From positions 1 to 62,162 of the IMG/VR virus record IMGVR_UViG_3300031576_000512: a stretch of DNA of 62,162 bases. One strand, given 5' to 3'. Within the stretch, counting starts at the first letter, position 1, and the number at the start of each line of letters is the position of its first letter. A program made the translations under genes and the position numbers. The DNA is from a virus (lineage: Duplodnaviria; Caudoviricetes). Under the pieces are notes generated by a model. The model searched no databases, was not told the DNA's origin, and was given only the letters and a program-made list of their open reading frames with translations. Below are positions 9,239-17,720 of this stretch, piece after piece.

Positions 9239-9697
9239 ATGAAAATCACAGAGATTCGTGTCAAGCTCATTGAGGACAAGGCTGACAACCGCCTTCGAGC
9301 GTTCTGCTCGATCACCTTGGACGACTCGTTTGTCGTCCGTGACCTCAAGATCATTGACGGCACCAAGGGCCTCTTTATCGCCATGCCAAGTCGGAAGCTG
9401 ACCGATCGGTGCCATCGGTGCGGCTACAAGAACAACCTGCGTGCGTACTACTGCAATGACTGTGGTGAGCGGTTGAAAGACAACCGTGCGGCTGTCGACG
9501 ACAATGGTCGCGCCAAGTTGCACGCCGACATTGCTCATCCTATCAATGCCGAGTGTCGCGAAATGATCCAGACGGCAGTGGTCGTGGCTTACAAGGAGGA
9601 GCGCGAGCTCTCCAAGCAGCCTGGTTACGCTTGCACCTACGATGAACCCATGGATGACGACTTGGTACATGATCGTCCTCGTCGCCCCATCAATTGA
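9239..9697 (+). CDS. spoVG: SpoVG family nucleic-acid-binding protein with Zn-ribbon insertion
   Basis: [47 protein letters not shown]; CHRC...CNDC insert. Confidence 0.93.
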   Translation: MKITEIRVKLIEDKADNRLRAFCSITLDDSFVVRDLKIIDGTKGLFIAMPSRKLTDRCHRCGYKNNLRAYYCNDCGERLKDNRAAVDDNGRAKLHADIAHPINAECREMIQTAVVVAYKEERELSKQPGYACTYDEPMDDDLVHDRPRRPIN

Positions 9698-9725
9698 GAA
9701 ACCTGTTCCATGAAAGGAGACCAAC

Positions 9726-10070
9726 ATGGACATTCACATCGATCAAGCCTGCAAATACCTGAAGATCGGCTCTGTGGTTGAGACCATGGGCGACGTGTGG
9801 CAGATCGAGAGCCTCGATGAGACCGAGAAGCGGATTCACCTTCGCTCGATTCGCACCAAGAATACCGGCAGCTTCCTCATCAAGGACATCACCGGCATGT
9901 TGCTGCCGATCTGTCATGAGAAGCACGAACTCCCGACACCGGTCAAGGCTGGCCCGGTCAAGAATGAAGTTGCTGCTGGGCCAGCAGCCAAGTTGACTGG
10001 CACGAGTGAAGTGACGCCGGTGGCTCCTCCCAAGACGCCTGGTCCGGCCGCACCAACCCCGAAGAAATGA
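9726..10070 (+). CDS. Hypothetical protein
   Basis: SD AAAGGAG; ORF track. Confidence 0.7.
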   Translation: MDIHIDQACKYLKIGSVVETMGDVWQIESLDETEKRIHLRSIRTKNTGSFLIKDITGMLLPICHEKHELPTPVKAGPVKNEVAAGPAAKLTGTSEVTPVAPPKTPGPAAPTPKK

Positions 10071-10319
10071 TTGGATCTCGTCATGGATGGGATAACACGC
10101 GATTGGCTGTGGAATAAGTTGAAAGAGTTCTACATGACAACCGGTCGTGAGGCCAAGATCATGCTAGTCCCACGTGGCGTATGGTTGGCAATGTGTCGAT
10201 GGTCCAGTAATGAATGGGGTGATCCTATTCTTGCCTACAAAGTCAGAGAGGGATACAAACCCCCAAAGTTGTGCGGTTGCAAGTTGTACCTGGAAGCATC
10301 AGCCTTCGCTCTGGTTTGA
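10071..10319 (+). CDS. Hypothetical protein
   Basis: Fills gap between genes; start uncertain (10071 or 10083). Confidence 0.6.
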   Translation: MDLVMDGITRDWLWNKLKEFYMTTGREAKIMLVPRGVWLAMCRWSSNEWGDPILAYKVREGYKPPKLCGCKLYLEASAFALV

Positions 10320-10323
10320 CAGC

Positions 10324-10743
10324 ATGAAAACTTTGTATGTCACCGTTGGCCTGCCTCGCTCTGGCAAGTCGACTTGGGCACGGCAGCAGAACGTGCCCAC
10401 CGTCAACCCCGACAGCATACGCCTGGCTTTGCACGGCCAGCGCTTCTATCCGCCAGCCGAGCAGTTCGTGTGGGCAGTGACCAGCCTCATGGTTCGTGCC
10501 CTTTTCATCGCTGGCCATGATAAAGTCATCCTCGATGCCACCAATACTACCAAGTCGAGACGCGACAAATGGTCCTCGACCGAGTGGGCGACTTGCTACG
10601 TGTTGTTTGGCACTGAGAAGGAAGAGTGCATCTGTCGTGCAGGTGATGACGAGGAACTGATCAGAGTCATCGAACGTATGCACGCAGAGGGCGAGCGCGT
10701 GGAACTGACTGAGAATTGGATTCTTCCAAAACCTATCAATTGA
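10324..10743 (+). CDS. AAA_33 / polynucleotide-kinase-like P-loop kinase
   Basis: GLPRSGKST, NPDSIR, VILDATN..R. Confidence 0.85.
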   Translation: MKTLYVTVGLPRSGKSTWARQQNVPTVNPDSIRLALHGQRFYPPAEQFVWAVTSLMVRALFIAGHDKVILDATNTTKSRRDKWSSTEWATCYVLFGTEKEECICRAGDDEELIRVIERMHAEGERVELTENWILPKPIN

Positions 10744-10808
10744 GGTACTTGATTGTGAGTAGCATAATCATTGCTATACCACCTGTGTGTAACAGAAAAA
10801 TCAGGTGT

Positions 10809-11312
10809 ATGCTCGATGCTGCTAAGCAAAAAAGGAAAACTGTCCCATTATATGAACATGCCATCGAGCTCTTCAGTGAACTCAAGATTGCTGGTTCACT
10901 GACAGAGGTTTATACCGGGCGTACATGTCCGCATTGTGGTGTTGCAACTGTGTGGAGGTGTGCCGATGATATGTATGCGTGTATGACGTTGCAACATTAC
11001 AGTGAGCCTTTCAACGGCAACTTGTTTGGCTTTATCTGTCATCTCTGTAACGTGCTTGATGGCAATTTCGGTACGAAGTTGTTCGTGGAAACGCTGCAAC
11101 GTCCTGGTTTCAAATGGTGTCAACACCACAAAGTTTTCCATCCAGCCAATGATTTTCGCCGCACCGGTCGTTACGGGGGAAGACCGTACTCTGACATTGA
11201 AGCGTATGCCAAGTCTCATCCATTAGGTTATCTGGTTGCTCTGCGTAGTATTTGCAGATCTGCTGAGATAGAGCACAAAGAAAATTCATCGATGGTGACA
11301 AAGGATGATTGA
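10809..11312 (+). CDS. Hypothetical Zn-binding protein
   Basis: CPHC, YAC...H, KWCQHH; lower-GC ORF. Confidence 0.55.
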   Translation: MLDAAKQKRKTVPLYEHAIELFSELKIAGSLTEVYTGRTCPHCGVATVWRCADDMYACMTLQHYSEPFNGNLFGFICHLCNVLDGNFGTKLFVETLQRPGFKWCQHHKVFHPANDFRRTGRYGGRPYSDIEAYAKSHPLGYLVALRSICRSAEIEHKENSSMVTKDD

Positions 11313-11360
11313 CTTTTTGATCTCCTTCCGAGATAATTTATCTTGAAAGGAGATCAAGCC

Positions 11361-11768
11361 ATGTTGTAGATTGATCACGTTTACGTTGTTGTCTGCCGAG
11401 ACATCCCAGTTCGTCATCAGGCTGTTCAAGCATGTCACGCCGCCATTGCAGCTGGCCAGGATCTCATCCGCTGCAAGTCTCCGTACCTCGTCCTCGTCAC
11501 CGTTCCCAACCAGCACGCCCTGATTGCGTTGAGCTGCAAGCTCAGCAGAGCAGGCGTGGCTCATCGTGTTTTCAATGAGGATGACATGGGTGGTCGGCCG
11601 ACAGCTTTGGCGACACAACCAGTGACTCAAGAGCAGCGGAGCCTGTTTGGAGGATTGCCGCTCTATCGGGTGGGTAGCTCAGCAGCAGAGCGTCGCAGCG
11701 GCCCTCAAGGCCAAGCGAAGGTCGGAGGTGCAAGTCCTCCCCCACCCGCTGTGAATGCGTCGGGATGA
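11361..11768 (+). CDS. Peptidyl-tRNA hydrolase 2 (Pth2)-like protein with in-frame amber codon at codon 3
   Basis: SD AAAGGAG then ATG TTG TAG ATT GAT CAC GTT TAC...; read-through gives YVVVCRDI, QAVQACHAA, LVLVTV, FNEDDMGGRPTALAT, LPLY; ORF track shows only 11529-11768. Confidence 0.8.
11668..11748 (+). ncRNA. tRNA-like RNA with extended anticodon arm
   Basis: GGGTGGG/CCCACCC, D arm GCTC-AGCAGCA-GAGC, T arm GGAGG-TGCAAGT-CCTCC; anticodon arm TCGC-AGC-GGCC-CTCAA-GGCC-AA-GCGA. Confidence 0.75.
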
Positions 11769-11824
11769 TCAGTAGGCCCCTTTACTGCATGGTCACTGCC
11801 GCTGTCATGCAGACGCATTCGCCA
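11751..11824 (+). ncRNA. Candidate three-way-junction RNA ending in GCCA
   Basis: GTGAATGCGTC/GACGCATTCGC closing stem, two internal hairpins. Confidence 0.45.
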
Positions 11825-11825
11825 T

Positions 11826-11898
11826 CCCGCCGTAGCTCAATTGGAAGAGCAGGAGCTTCTAAAACTCTTGGTTCCGGGTTCGAGTCCCGGCGGCGGGT
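11826..11898 (+). tRNA. Amber suppressor tRNA (anticodon CTA)
   Basis: CCCGCCG/CGGCGGG, GCTC-AATTGGAA-GAGC, GGAGC-TTCTAAA-ACTCT (C31-A39 mismatch), CCGGG-TTCGAGT-CCCGG; CTA at 11859-11861. Confidence 0.85.
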
Positions 11899-11906
11899 TT
11901 GGAAAT

Positions 11907-11938
11907 CGAAAGCCGACATCTTGCGATGCCGGCTTTCG
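11907..11938 (+). terminator. Hairpin after amber tRNA (terminator or processing stem)
   Basis: CGAAAGCCGACATC-TTGC-GATGCCGGCTTTCG; weak U tract. Confidence 0.5.
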
Positions 11939-12057
11939 TCGTTTACGATGTCTACATGCCTGACATCTACACTCATCATTCTGATGCACCCAAGCGTTGG
12001 TACAAGATCGGTGTCGGTTTTGTCGATGCTGAAGGCCAGCCATTACAGGAGAATCGT

Positions 12058-12681
12058 ATGTACGAACGTTTCACCGACCGCTCTCGCAAGGTCATGCAGT
12101 TGTCCAACCAGGAGGCCCAGCGCCTCAACCACGAGTATATCGGCACCGAGCACATGCTGCTTGGCCTCATCAAGGAGGGCTCCGGTGTTGCTGCCAACGT
12201 CCTCAAGAACCTCGATCTCGACTTGAACAAATGCCGAGTCGAAGTCCTCAAACTGGTTTCACCAGGGCCGGGCCCCGCTGTGATCATCATGGGCAAGCTA
12301 CCTATGACCCCACGAACGAAGCGTGTCCTCGAAAGTGCCATCCAATCTGCCTTGGATCTCAACCACAACTATGTTGGTACTGAACATCTATTGCTCGGTC
12401 TCGTCACCGAGAGAGAAGGCATTGCTGCGCAAGTCTTGATGAACTTCAACGTCACAGTTGAAACGGTCCGTGAGGAAGTCCTCAACTTACTGGGTTTCAA
12501 TCCTCGGCAGGTGGATGCAGAGGCAGAGGCGGACGAGCAGCTTGAAGAAGGGCTGGCACTGAAAGAGATGCTCAGGGAGTGGCTGACTGCGTGGGTCGGC
12601 GAGCGCCACGAGTACGTGAATGGCTGTTACACTTGTGAATGTTGGGAGGCGTTCGACACCATCTTCCGTCACGCGAGGTGA
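12058..12681 (+). CDS. Stand-alone ClpC/ClpB N-terminal (two Clp repeats) protein
   Basis: SD AGGAG; MYERFTDRSRKVM, HEYIGTEHMLLGL, HNYVGTEHLLLGL; no AAA domain. Confidence 0.9.
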   Translation: MYERFTDRSRKVMQLSNQEAQRLNHEYIGTEHMLLGLIKEGSGVAANVLKNLDLDLNKCRVEVLKLVSPGPGPAVIIMGKLPMTPRTKRVLESAIQSALDLNHNYVGTEHLLLGLVTEREGIAAQVLMNFNVTVETVREEVLNLLGFNPRQVDAEAEADEQLEEGLALKEMLREWLTAWVGERHEYVNGCYTCECWEAFDTIFRHAR

Positions 12682-12683
12682 AC

Positions 12684-13136
12684 GTGGACAAAACCCTGCT
12701 CGCTTATACGGCCGGCTTCTTCGATGGAGAAGGCTGTATTTGTGCCACCCGTAGAGGTTGCCGACTGTTCATTGCCAACACTCGCCTGATTGTGCTCCAT
12801 AGTCTTCGCTTCAAGTGGAGCAAGATGGGGCACATTTATGTTTGGCAATCGAAGAAATACCCACATCACAAACCCAAGTATCACTGGGCAATCACTACTG
12901 GCGAGCAGGCCACACATTTTTTGCGGCACATACGTGACTATCTGATTCTCAAATCTCGGCAAGCCAGCCTTGCGTTGGAACTCATCAGTTTGAACCCTGG
13001 TTCTGGCCATCGGCTGAGAGGCGCAGCTTTAGAACGACGCAACTGGCTCGTTGATGAAATCCGCAGCATCAACCGAAAAACACCACCAGCTCCACATGGA
13101 GATAATCATGTCAGCGCAAGAGAAGTTCCTCGCTGA
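12684..13136 (+). CDS. LAGLIDADG homing endonuclease (single motif)
   Basis: LAYTAGFFDGEGCI; YLILKSRQA. Confidence 0.88.
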   Translation: MDKTLLAYTAGFFDGEGCICATRRGCRLFIANTRLIVLHSLRFKWSKMGHIYVWQSKKYPHHKPKYHWAITTGEQATHFLRHIRDYLILKSRQASLALELISLNPGSGHRLRGAALERRNWLVDEIRSINRKTPPAPHGDNHVSAREVPR

Positions 13137-13332
13137 AGAACGTGCTCGGATGCGCACTGAGGCTGATTGCAAGCAGGAGCGTTTCCATAAGTTGGCAACA
13201 CTCGAATACTTCTACCTTGAGCATCTGGCTGAAGATTGTGGTAATGGCACTGATTTCGATCATGCCATTCTGCACGGCATTCAGGCCCTCAGAGACCGCT
13301 TTTGTCCGAGAGTCACCAAGGAGACAGGATGA
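13108..13332 (+). CDS. Hypothetical protein
   Basis: SD GGAG; ATG 13108. Confidence 0.6.
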   Translation: MSAQEKFLAEERARMRTEADCKQERFHKLATLEYFYLEHLAEDCGNGTDFDHAILHGIQALRDRFCPRVTKETG

Positions 13333-13730
13333 ACATCTTGCAGATTTCCGTTTTCATCAACATCATGCTCATGGTTGCGATTGGCGTGATGTGCTACAGG
13401 TTGAATCGAGGCAAGGCAAAATCGACCGAGGCTTTCCGCATTTTGAAAGAACTGGAGATGCACCTTGCTTCTAACAAAACCAGATTGAACAACAGTCATC
13501 GTGACACACAGCTTGCTACCGATCGAGCCAGAAAGAACCAGGATCGGTGGGTAAAGTTCCGTCATGACATGATTCGCTTGTACGCCATGCACGAGTTTGT
13601 TGTCATTGGCTGTGAGGACGCTCTTGAGCGTGTGGCCACTTGGCATCAACTGCCAATTGGCGAGCAAGCCGAATGGATGAAGCGTGGCACTGACTTTGTC
13701 GAAAAGACCTACGGACCTTGGGTGGGATGA
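13329..13730 (+). CDS. Hypothetical membrane-anchored protein
   Basis: N-terminal TM helix; ATGA overlap with upstream gene. Confidence 0.65.
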   Translation: MNILQISVFINIMLMVAIGVMCYRLNRGKAKSTEAFRILKELEMHLASNKTRLNNSHRDTQLATDRARKNQDRWVKFRHDMIRLYAMHEFVVIGCEDALERVATWHQLPIGEQAEWMKRGTDFVEKTYGPWVG

Positions 13731-14605
13731 TGATACGCTTGAACAACAACTATGTTTTTGACTTCGCAGTGGCGAGCGGTGCCTTGGGTTTTGACGGTCG
13801 TGGGTACTGGTGGGAACAGCCATTCCGTTGGTTGGGACAGCTCGACCCTCACCAATTCCTTGTCATCACCAAGACCCTGACTCGTCATCCACGTAAAGGC
13901 AATCTGCGCTGGTGGTGTCCCTGGCGTTGCGTCCGTCCCGTCCCGGGTGGTTTTGTCAACGCAGTGGGCCTCACCAATCCAGGTTTGGACGCATGGTTCA
14001 AGCGTTACTACCATCACGTCGTTGCTGACGAGCTGGCCATCGCTGTCTCTATCGCTCCGGAAACTCCGGACGATGCGAATTGGATGGCCTGGCGCATCAT
14101 GTCCAGTGACGGTTGGCAGTGCATCAAGGCCATCGAGCTCAATGTCTCCTGTCCGAACACTGCCAATGCTTATGAGACCTGCAAGGCGGCCGAGTTGATG
14201 GTCAAGGCCATGCACCCGGCTGGCTTGCCGATCATTTTGAAGTTGGGTTACCAGCAGCCGTTCTTCAAGATCTGCATGGACCTGGATGGTATGGTTAGTG
14301 CCTACGACTTGATCAACACTGTCCCCTGGAGAGACGTCTATCCCTGCCGTCCGTCGCCGCTGGCTCATCTGGGTGGTGGCGGCGTGTCTGGTGAGCCTAT
14401 CATCTACCAGGCGATCCGTGCGTTGCGGCTCGTCAAGGAGTCTGGACTTGTAAAGACGCCGATCATCTCCGGTGGTGCCATTACCGATTTTGAGCAAGTG
14501 AAGCTTCGCTTCAAATTGGGTGCCGATGCTGTGGCATTCGGCTCGATCTTCCTACGTCATCCCACTCGCCCCAACACTATCGTCAATCAATGGAGAGCAT
14601 CGTGA
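13727..14605 (+). CDS. pyrD: Dihydroorotate dehydrogenase (class 1-like)
   Basis: ASGALG, TKTLT..PRKGN, NAVGLTNPG, ELNVSCPN, LINT, GGVSG, PIISGG. Confidence 0.88.
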   Translation: MMIRLNNNYVFDFAVASGALGFDGRGYWWEQPFRWLGQLDPHQFLVITKTLTRHPRKGNLRWWCPWRCVRPVPGGFVNAVGLTNPGLDAWFKRYYHHVVADELAIAVSIAPETPDDANWMAWRIMSSDGWQCIKAIELNVSCPNTANAYETCKAAELMVKAMHPAGLPIILKLGYQQPFFKICMDLDGMVSAYDLINTVPWRDVYPCRPSPLAHLGGGGVSGEPIIYQAIRALRLVKESGLVKTPIISGGAITDFEQVKLRFKLGADAVAFGSIFLRHPTRPNTIVNQWRAS

Positions 14606-15024
14606 AGCACGAAACCCAAGTCATTAGTGTCCGTGCTCCTGTTGACAAGCTCATCATCCCGGTCGTGAAGGCATTGCTTGCCTTTCCCGAGGTAGCAACC
14701 CTCTACTCGTGCCAAGGTGTTGCTTATGCCCAGAAGACCGCCAAGGAGTGGAACTTCATCAGGGATTCCTCCTATGTGATCTTCACGGCGGGTGGAGGCT
14801 CAGTGATTGAGCTTGCTGTGTTCCTCAATTTCCTCAGCGAGAGAGTCTCCAGCATGGACTGCTACGCACAGTTCGAGCTGCCGATTGTGGGTGTGGCTCC
14901 ACAGATCGAACTTCACTTTCAACAAGAGCACATATCCAAGATGGCTATTTGGCTGCGTGCGATCCGTAAAGAATGGCCCGGACTGAGGGTGGAACTGAAG
15001 TCCCACCTGTCTAAATTTCGATAG
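14602..15024 (+). CDS. Hypothetical protein (T-x-x-SCQG motif)
   Basis: VDKLIIPVVKAL...TLYSCQG; ends in TAG. Confidence 0.65.
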   Translation: MKHETQVISVRAPVDKLIIPVVKALLAFPEVATLYSCQGVAYAQKTAKEWNFIRDSSYVIFTAGGGSVIELAVFLNFLSERVSSMDCYAQFELPIVGVAPQIELHFQQEHISKMAIWLRAIRKEWPGLRVELKSHLSKFR

Positions 15025-15097
15025 TGAATGAGTCATTATTGAATGGCCACGTTAGGGGGCACTGCCACCGTGCAGGTCCCAGTGTCACGCACACACG

Positions 15098-15126
15098 GAT
15101 GTGCTGCTTCGGCAGCACATCGTTTT
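15098..15126 (+). terminator. Intrinsic terminator
   Basis: GATGTGCTGC-TTCG-GCAGCACATC then GTTTT. Confidence 0.75.
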
Positions 15127-15167
15127 GATTGCAGTTACCTTTTTTCTTTTATTTATGGGAGATCAGC

Positions 15168-15806
15168 ATGCCAGATATGCTCGACAGTTTTCCTTACGCT
15201 GAGAAGCAGAAGCGGGCTGAGAAGATCGCCAAGCATCTCGTCCGTTCCAATGATCTTGGTCGTGAAGTTGAGTTGGAGGTTATCGACGAGGACGACAAGG
15301 TGCTGGGTGATCTGGTGAGGAATGAAATGAGCAAATTACAAGATGCTCATCAAAATTCTAGCGTCAAGTTAGTGCAGAACAGGGAAGACCTGGAGAAGCT
15401 GCCCGATGGCGCCAAGACAGCCATCAAGGAAATGCTCGATCAGATGGGCGGTCAAATGCCGCCGGGTGGTCTTTTCCAGGTGAAGATGGATAGTGTCAAA
15501 GGACTTGATGCTGCTGTCGACACGATAATCACCAACGGTGCTATCAATCTTAGTAGCCTCGTTGTTTCCAGATTGGCAGCCGTGCGAGCTACAGCCATTG
15601 CCAGTGCTATCGAAGGACTGGTGACCCGTTCCCACAACTTGCAAGAATCTATGCCCAAGCTGAGAGGGGCAACCAAGGCAGCAGCAACTGCTATTCTCAA
15701 GCGGATCGATGAAGCTATCCTCGTCACCTTTGGCGAGCACAACTACGATGCAGCCGTCAAACTGAACAAGGAGTTGTCCGAGAAGAAGCCACGCAAGAAC
15801 AAGTAA
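15168..15806 (+). CDS. Hypothetical protein
   Basis: SD GGGAG; ORF track. Confidence 0.75.
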   Translation: MPDMLDSFPYAEKQKRAEKIAKHLVRSNDLGREVELEVIDEDDKVLGDLVRNEMSKLQDAHQNSSVKLVQNREDLEKLPDGAKTAIKEMLDQMGGQMPPGGLFQVKMDSVKGLDAAVDTIITNGAINLSSLVVSRLAAVRATAIASAIEGLVTRSHNLQESMPKLRGATKAAATAILKRIDEAILVTFGEHNYDAAVKLNKELSEKKPRKNK

Positions 15807-15885
15807 GGTTTCGACCAATGTCCCAGGCACGGGCTCTGCTGGAAAGCGGATACCGGTGAGCTTGTGTCCCGCAAAGAGGTTCATC

Positions 15886-16176
15886 ATGCACTACATTCCC
15901 GAGGAACTGACCCTCCACCTGACCTCCATCTTCAAGGACAAGAACGATCCTGAACCCGACTGGTTCCACGTTACTAGCACTCGTGCTGGTCGTAGTATTG
16001 GCCCGAATGCGTTGAACACGCCCTTCAACCCCGTCGACCCGTACCCCTCGCTCAAGGACGCAAAACAGAAGGCGGCAGCGATGTTAGGGGTCGACTACAC
16101 CAGTATCAAGCTGGTACACTATCTTCAGCCATACGTCCAGGCGTATGAAGACCCTGAACCACTCGTCGTGAGGTGA
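15886..16176 (+). CDS. Hypothetical protein
   Basis: SD GAGG; ORF track. Confidence 0.65.
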   Translation: MHYIPEELTLHLTSIFKDKNDPEPDWFHVTSTRAGRSIGPNALNTPFNPVDPYPSLKDAKQKAAAMLGVDYTSIKLVHYLQPYVQAYEDPEPLVVR

Positions 16177-16178
16177 TC

Positions 16179-16853
16179 ATGAACCGACGGTCCTTCCTGA
16201 CCACTACCCTCGGCGCCACAGCCGCCGCAGCTGTCAGTGAGCGTCAATCCATCGCGAGGATTCCATCCTCGCCGCCTGAAGTGGACCTCAGCATTATCTG
16301 CCGGCGCTGGTTCACCGGTGAATACACGTTGGACGACGTGGCCAAGGTCGTCGACATCCTCTTCACCAGGGAATGGGCCGACCTGCCTACAATCAGTGAT
16401 AAGATGTTCCGGCAGCTCATCACCATCCGGCCTGATTTGTGTTGGGTTCGGGTGATCTCGCCTCGCATCACGTTCGACATCTATGAGTCGAACGAAAAGC
16501 GCTGCGACATCGCCAACACCATGTCCCCGTTCCCGCCACCTTTCTCAGTTCCGCCAGCAACGCTTCCAGTCAACTACTATCTGCGGAACGGCTCAGCTCC
16601 TAAGCGTTTGACTTACGCCATTCGGAATGTCATTACTGAGCTGTGCAAGCACTCCAAGTCGTGGTATGAGGATAATCCACAGTTCCACGATTACGCGATC
16701 TTTGTTCAGCCCAGTGTGTGCTTCAAGCAAGAGGCATATCTGCTGGACATGTTCTGCTACTACCACGTCTTCGGCTCGACCGATGAGAAGCGAGAAGACA
16801 TCATGTTGGCGATCAAGCACTATGACAACGACGTGGTTACGAAGCCCCTGTGA
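16179..16853 (+). CDS. Hypothetical protein with Tat-like signal
   Basis: MNRRSFLTTTLGATAAAA. Confidence 0.75.
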   Translation: MNRRSFLTTTLGATAAAAVSERQSIARIPSSPPEVDLSIICRRWFTGEYTLDDVAKVVDILFTREWADLPTISDKMFRQLITIRPDLCWVRVISPRITFDIYESNEKRCDIANTMSPFPPPFSVPPATLPVNYYLRNGSAPKRLTYAIRNVITELCKHSKSWYEDNPQFHDYAIFVQPSVCFKQEAYLLDMFCYYHVFGSTDEKREDIMLAIKHYDNDVVTKPL

Positions 16854-16865
16854 AAGCTGACCTGG

Positions 16866-16881
16866 GAGTAATTTTTTACTC
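16866..16881. promoter_or_regulatory. AGTA-N6-TACT palindrome
   Basis: GAGTA-ATTTTT-TACTC adjacent to SD of ORF 16893. Confidence 0.7.
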
Positions 16882-16892
16882 GGAGATACACC

Positions 16893-17120
16893 ATGAACGT
16901 CAAGGAGTTCAATACAGCTTGGCTGGCTTCTCTGGTCAGGTTGCAGAAGCTGGGCATCAAGCAAGAAGACGTCGAGGTCGTGATCGAAGCCAATGATGAT
17001 GGTATTCTGGAAGTGGCTCATGTCGACCTGGAAGAGCCATGCGACGATAATCCTGAATATCAGGAACACGTTCGCTCCGGCGGCGAACGAGAATACTCAC
17101 TCGTCATTGAAGGCGTGTGA
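16893..17120 (+). CDS. Small acidic hypothetical protein
   Basis: SD GGAG; ORF track. Confidence 0.7.
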   Translation: MNVKEFNTAWLASLVRLQKLGIKQEDVEVVIEANDDGILEVAHVDLEEPCDDNPEYQEHVRSGGEREYSLVIEGV

Positions 17121-17123
17121 TCC

Positions 17124-17720
17124 ATGAAGTACGACGACATCAGATCAAAGTTGCAGACTGGCGACATCATCCTCTATTCGGGTGATGGCGACTTCTCTGC
17201 CTACATCAAGGCGTCTACTCTCTGCAAGTGGTCGCACGTGGCCATCGCGATTCGTGTTGATAATCCAGACATGGTGTTGGTCTGGGAGTCATGCGGCAAC
17301 GGTGTCGCCTTCGACAACCTCGATCAGCAGATGAAGCCGAAGAAGCTGCAGTTCATCAAGCGGCTCATCAACTACTCGGCTGGCGATGTGGCCATTCGTC
17401 ATCTTCGTTGCGACACCAGAGACAGCTTCATGGCTGTGTTCGAGGAGCTTCGCAAGGAAATCGAAGGTCGGCCATACGAGACCAATGACATGGAGCTGGC
17501 CAAGGCCGTCCTCGGCACTTGGGGCAACAACGAAGAGGCTCTGGCCAGTTTCTTCTGCAGCGAGCTTGTTGCTGAAACCTACAAGCGATGGGGCTTGTTG
17601 CCGAACTCACGCCCATCCAATACATATCGCCCAAGGGACTTCTCTAATAGTGGCTACTTAACGCTGCTAGGTGGGGCTGTCCTTGAACCCGAGATCCTTC
17701 TAACTGAGAAGGTCGACTGA
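17124..17720 (+). CDS. Permuted papain-like amidase (YiiX/YaeF, NlpC/P60)
   Basis: LQTGDIILY, WSHVAI, FFCSELVAETY. Confidence 0.88.
   Translation: MKYDDIRSKLQTGDIILYSGDGDFSAYIKASTLCKWSHVAIAIRVDNPDMVLVWESCGNGVAFDNLDQQMKPKKLQFIKRLINYSAGDVAIRHLRCDTRDSFMAVFEELRKEIEGRPYETNDMELAKAVLGTWGNNEEALASFFCSELVAETYKRWGLLPNSRPSNTYRPRDFSNSGYLTLLGGAVLEPEILLTEKVD

Noticed and set aside
11751-11824. Hammerhead or HDV-like (theta) ribozyme, or tRNA-Sec
   Set aside because: No CUGAUGA/GAAA core, no nested double pseudoknot seen, and no T-loop or anticodon arm
12684-13136. Intron or intein host for the LAGLIDADG gene
   Set aside because: Flanking ORFs do not look like halves of one gene and no splice motifs were seen; treated as free-standing
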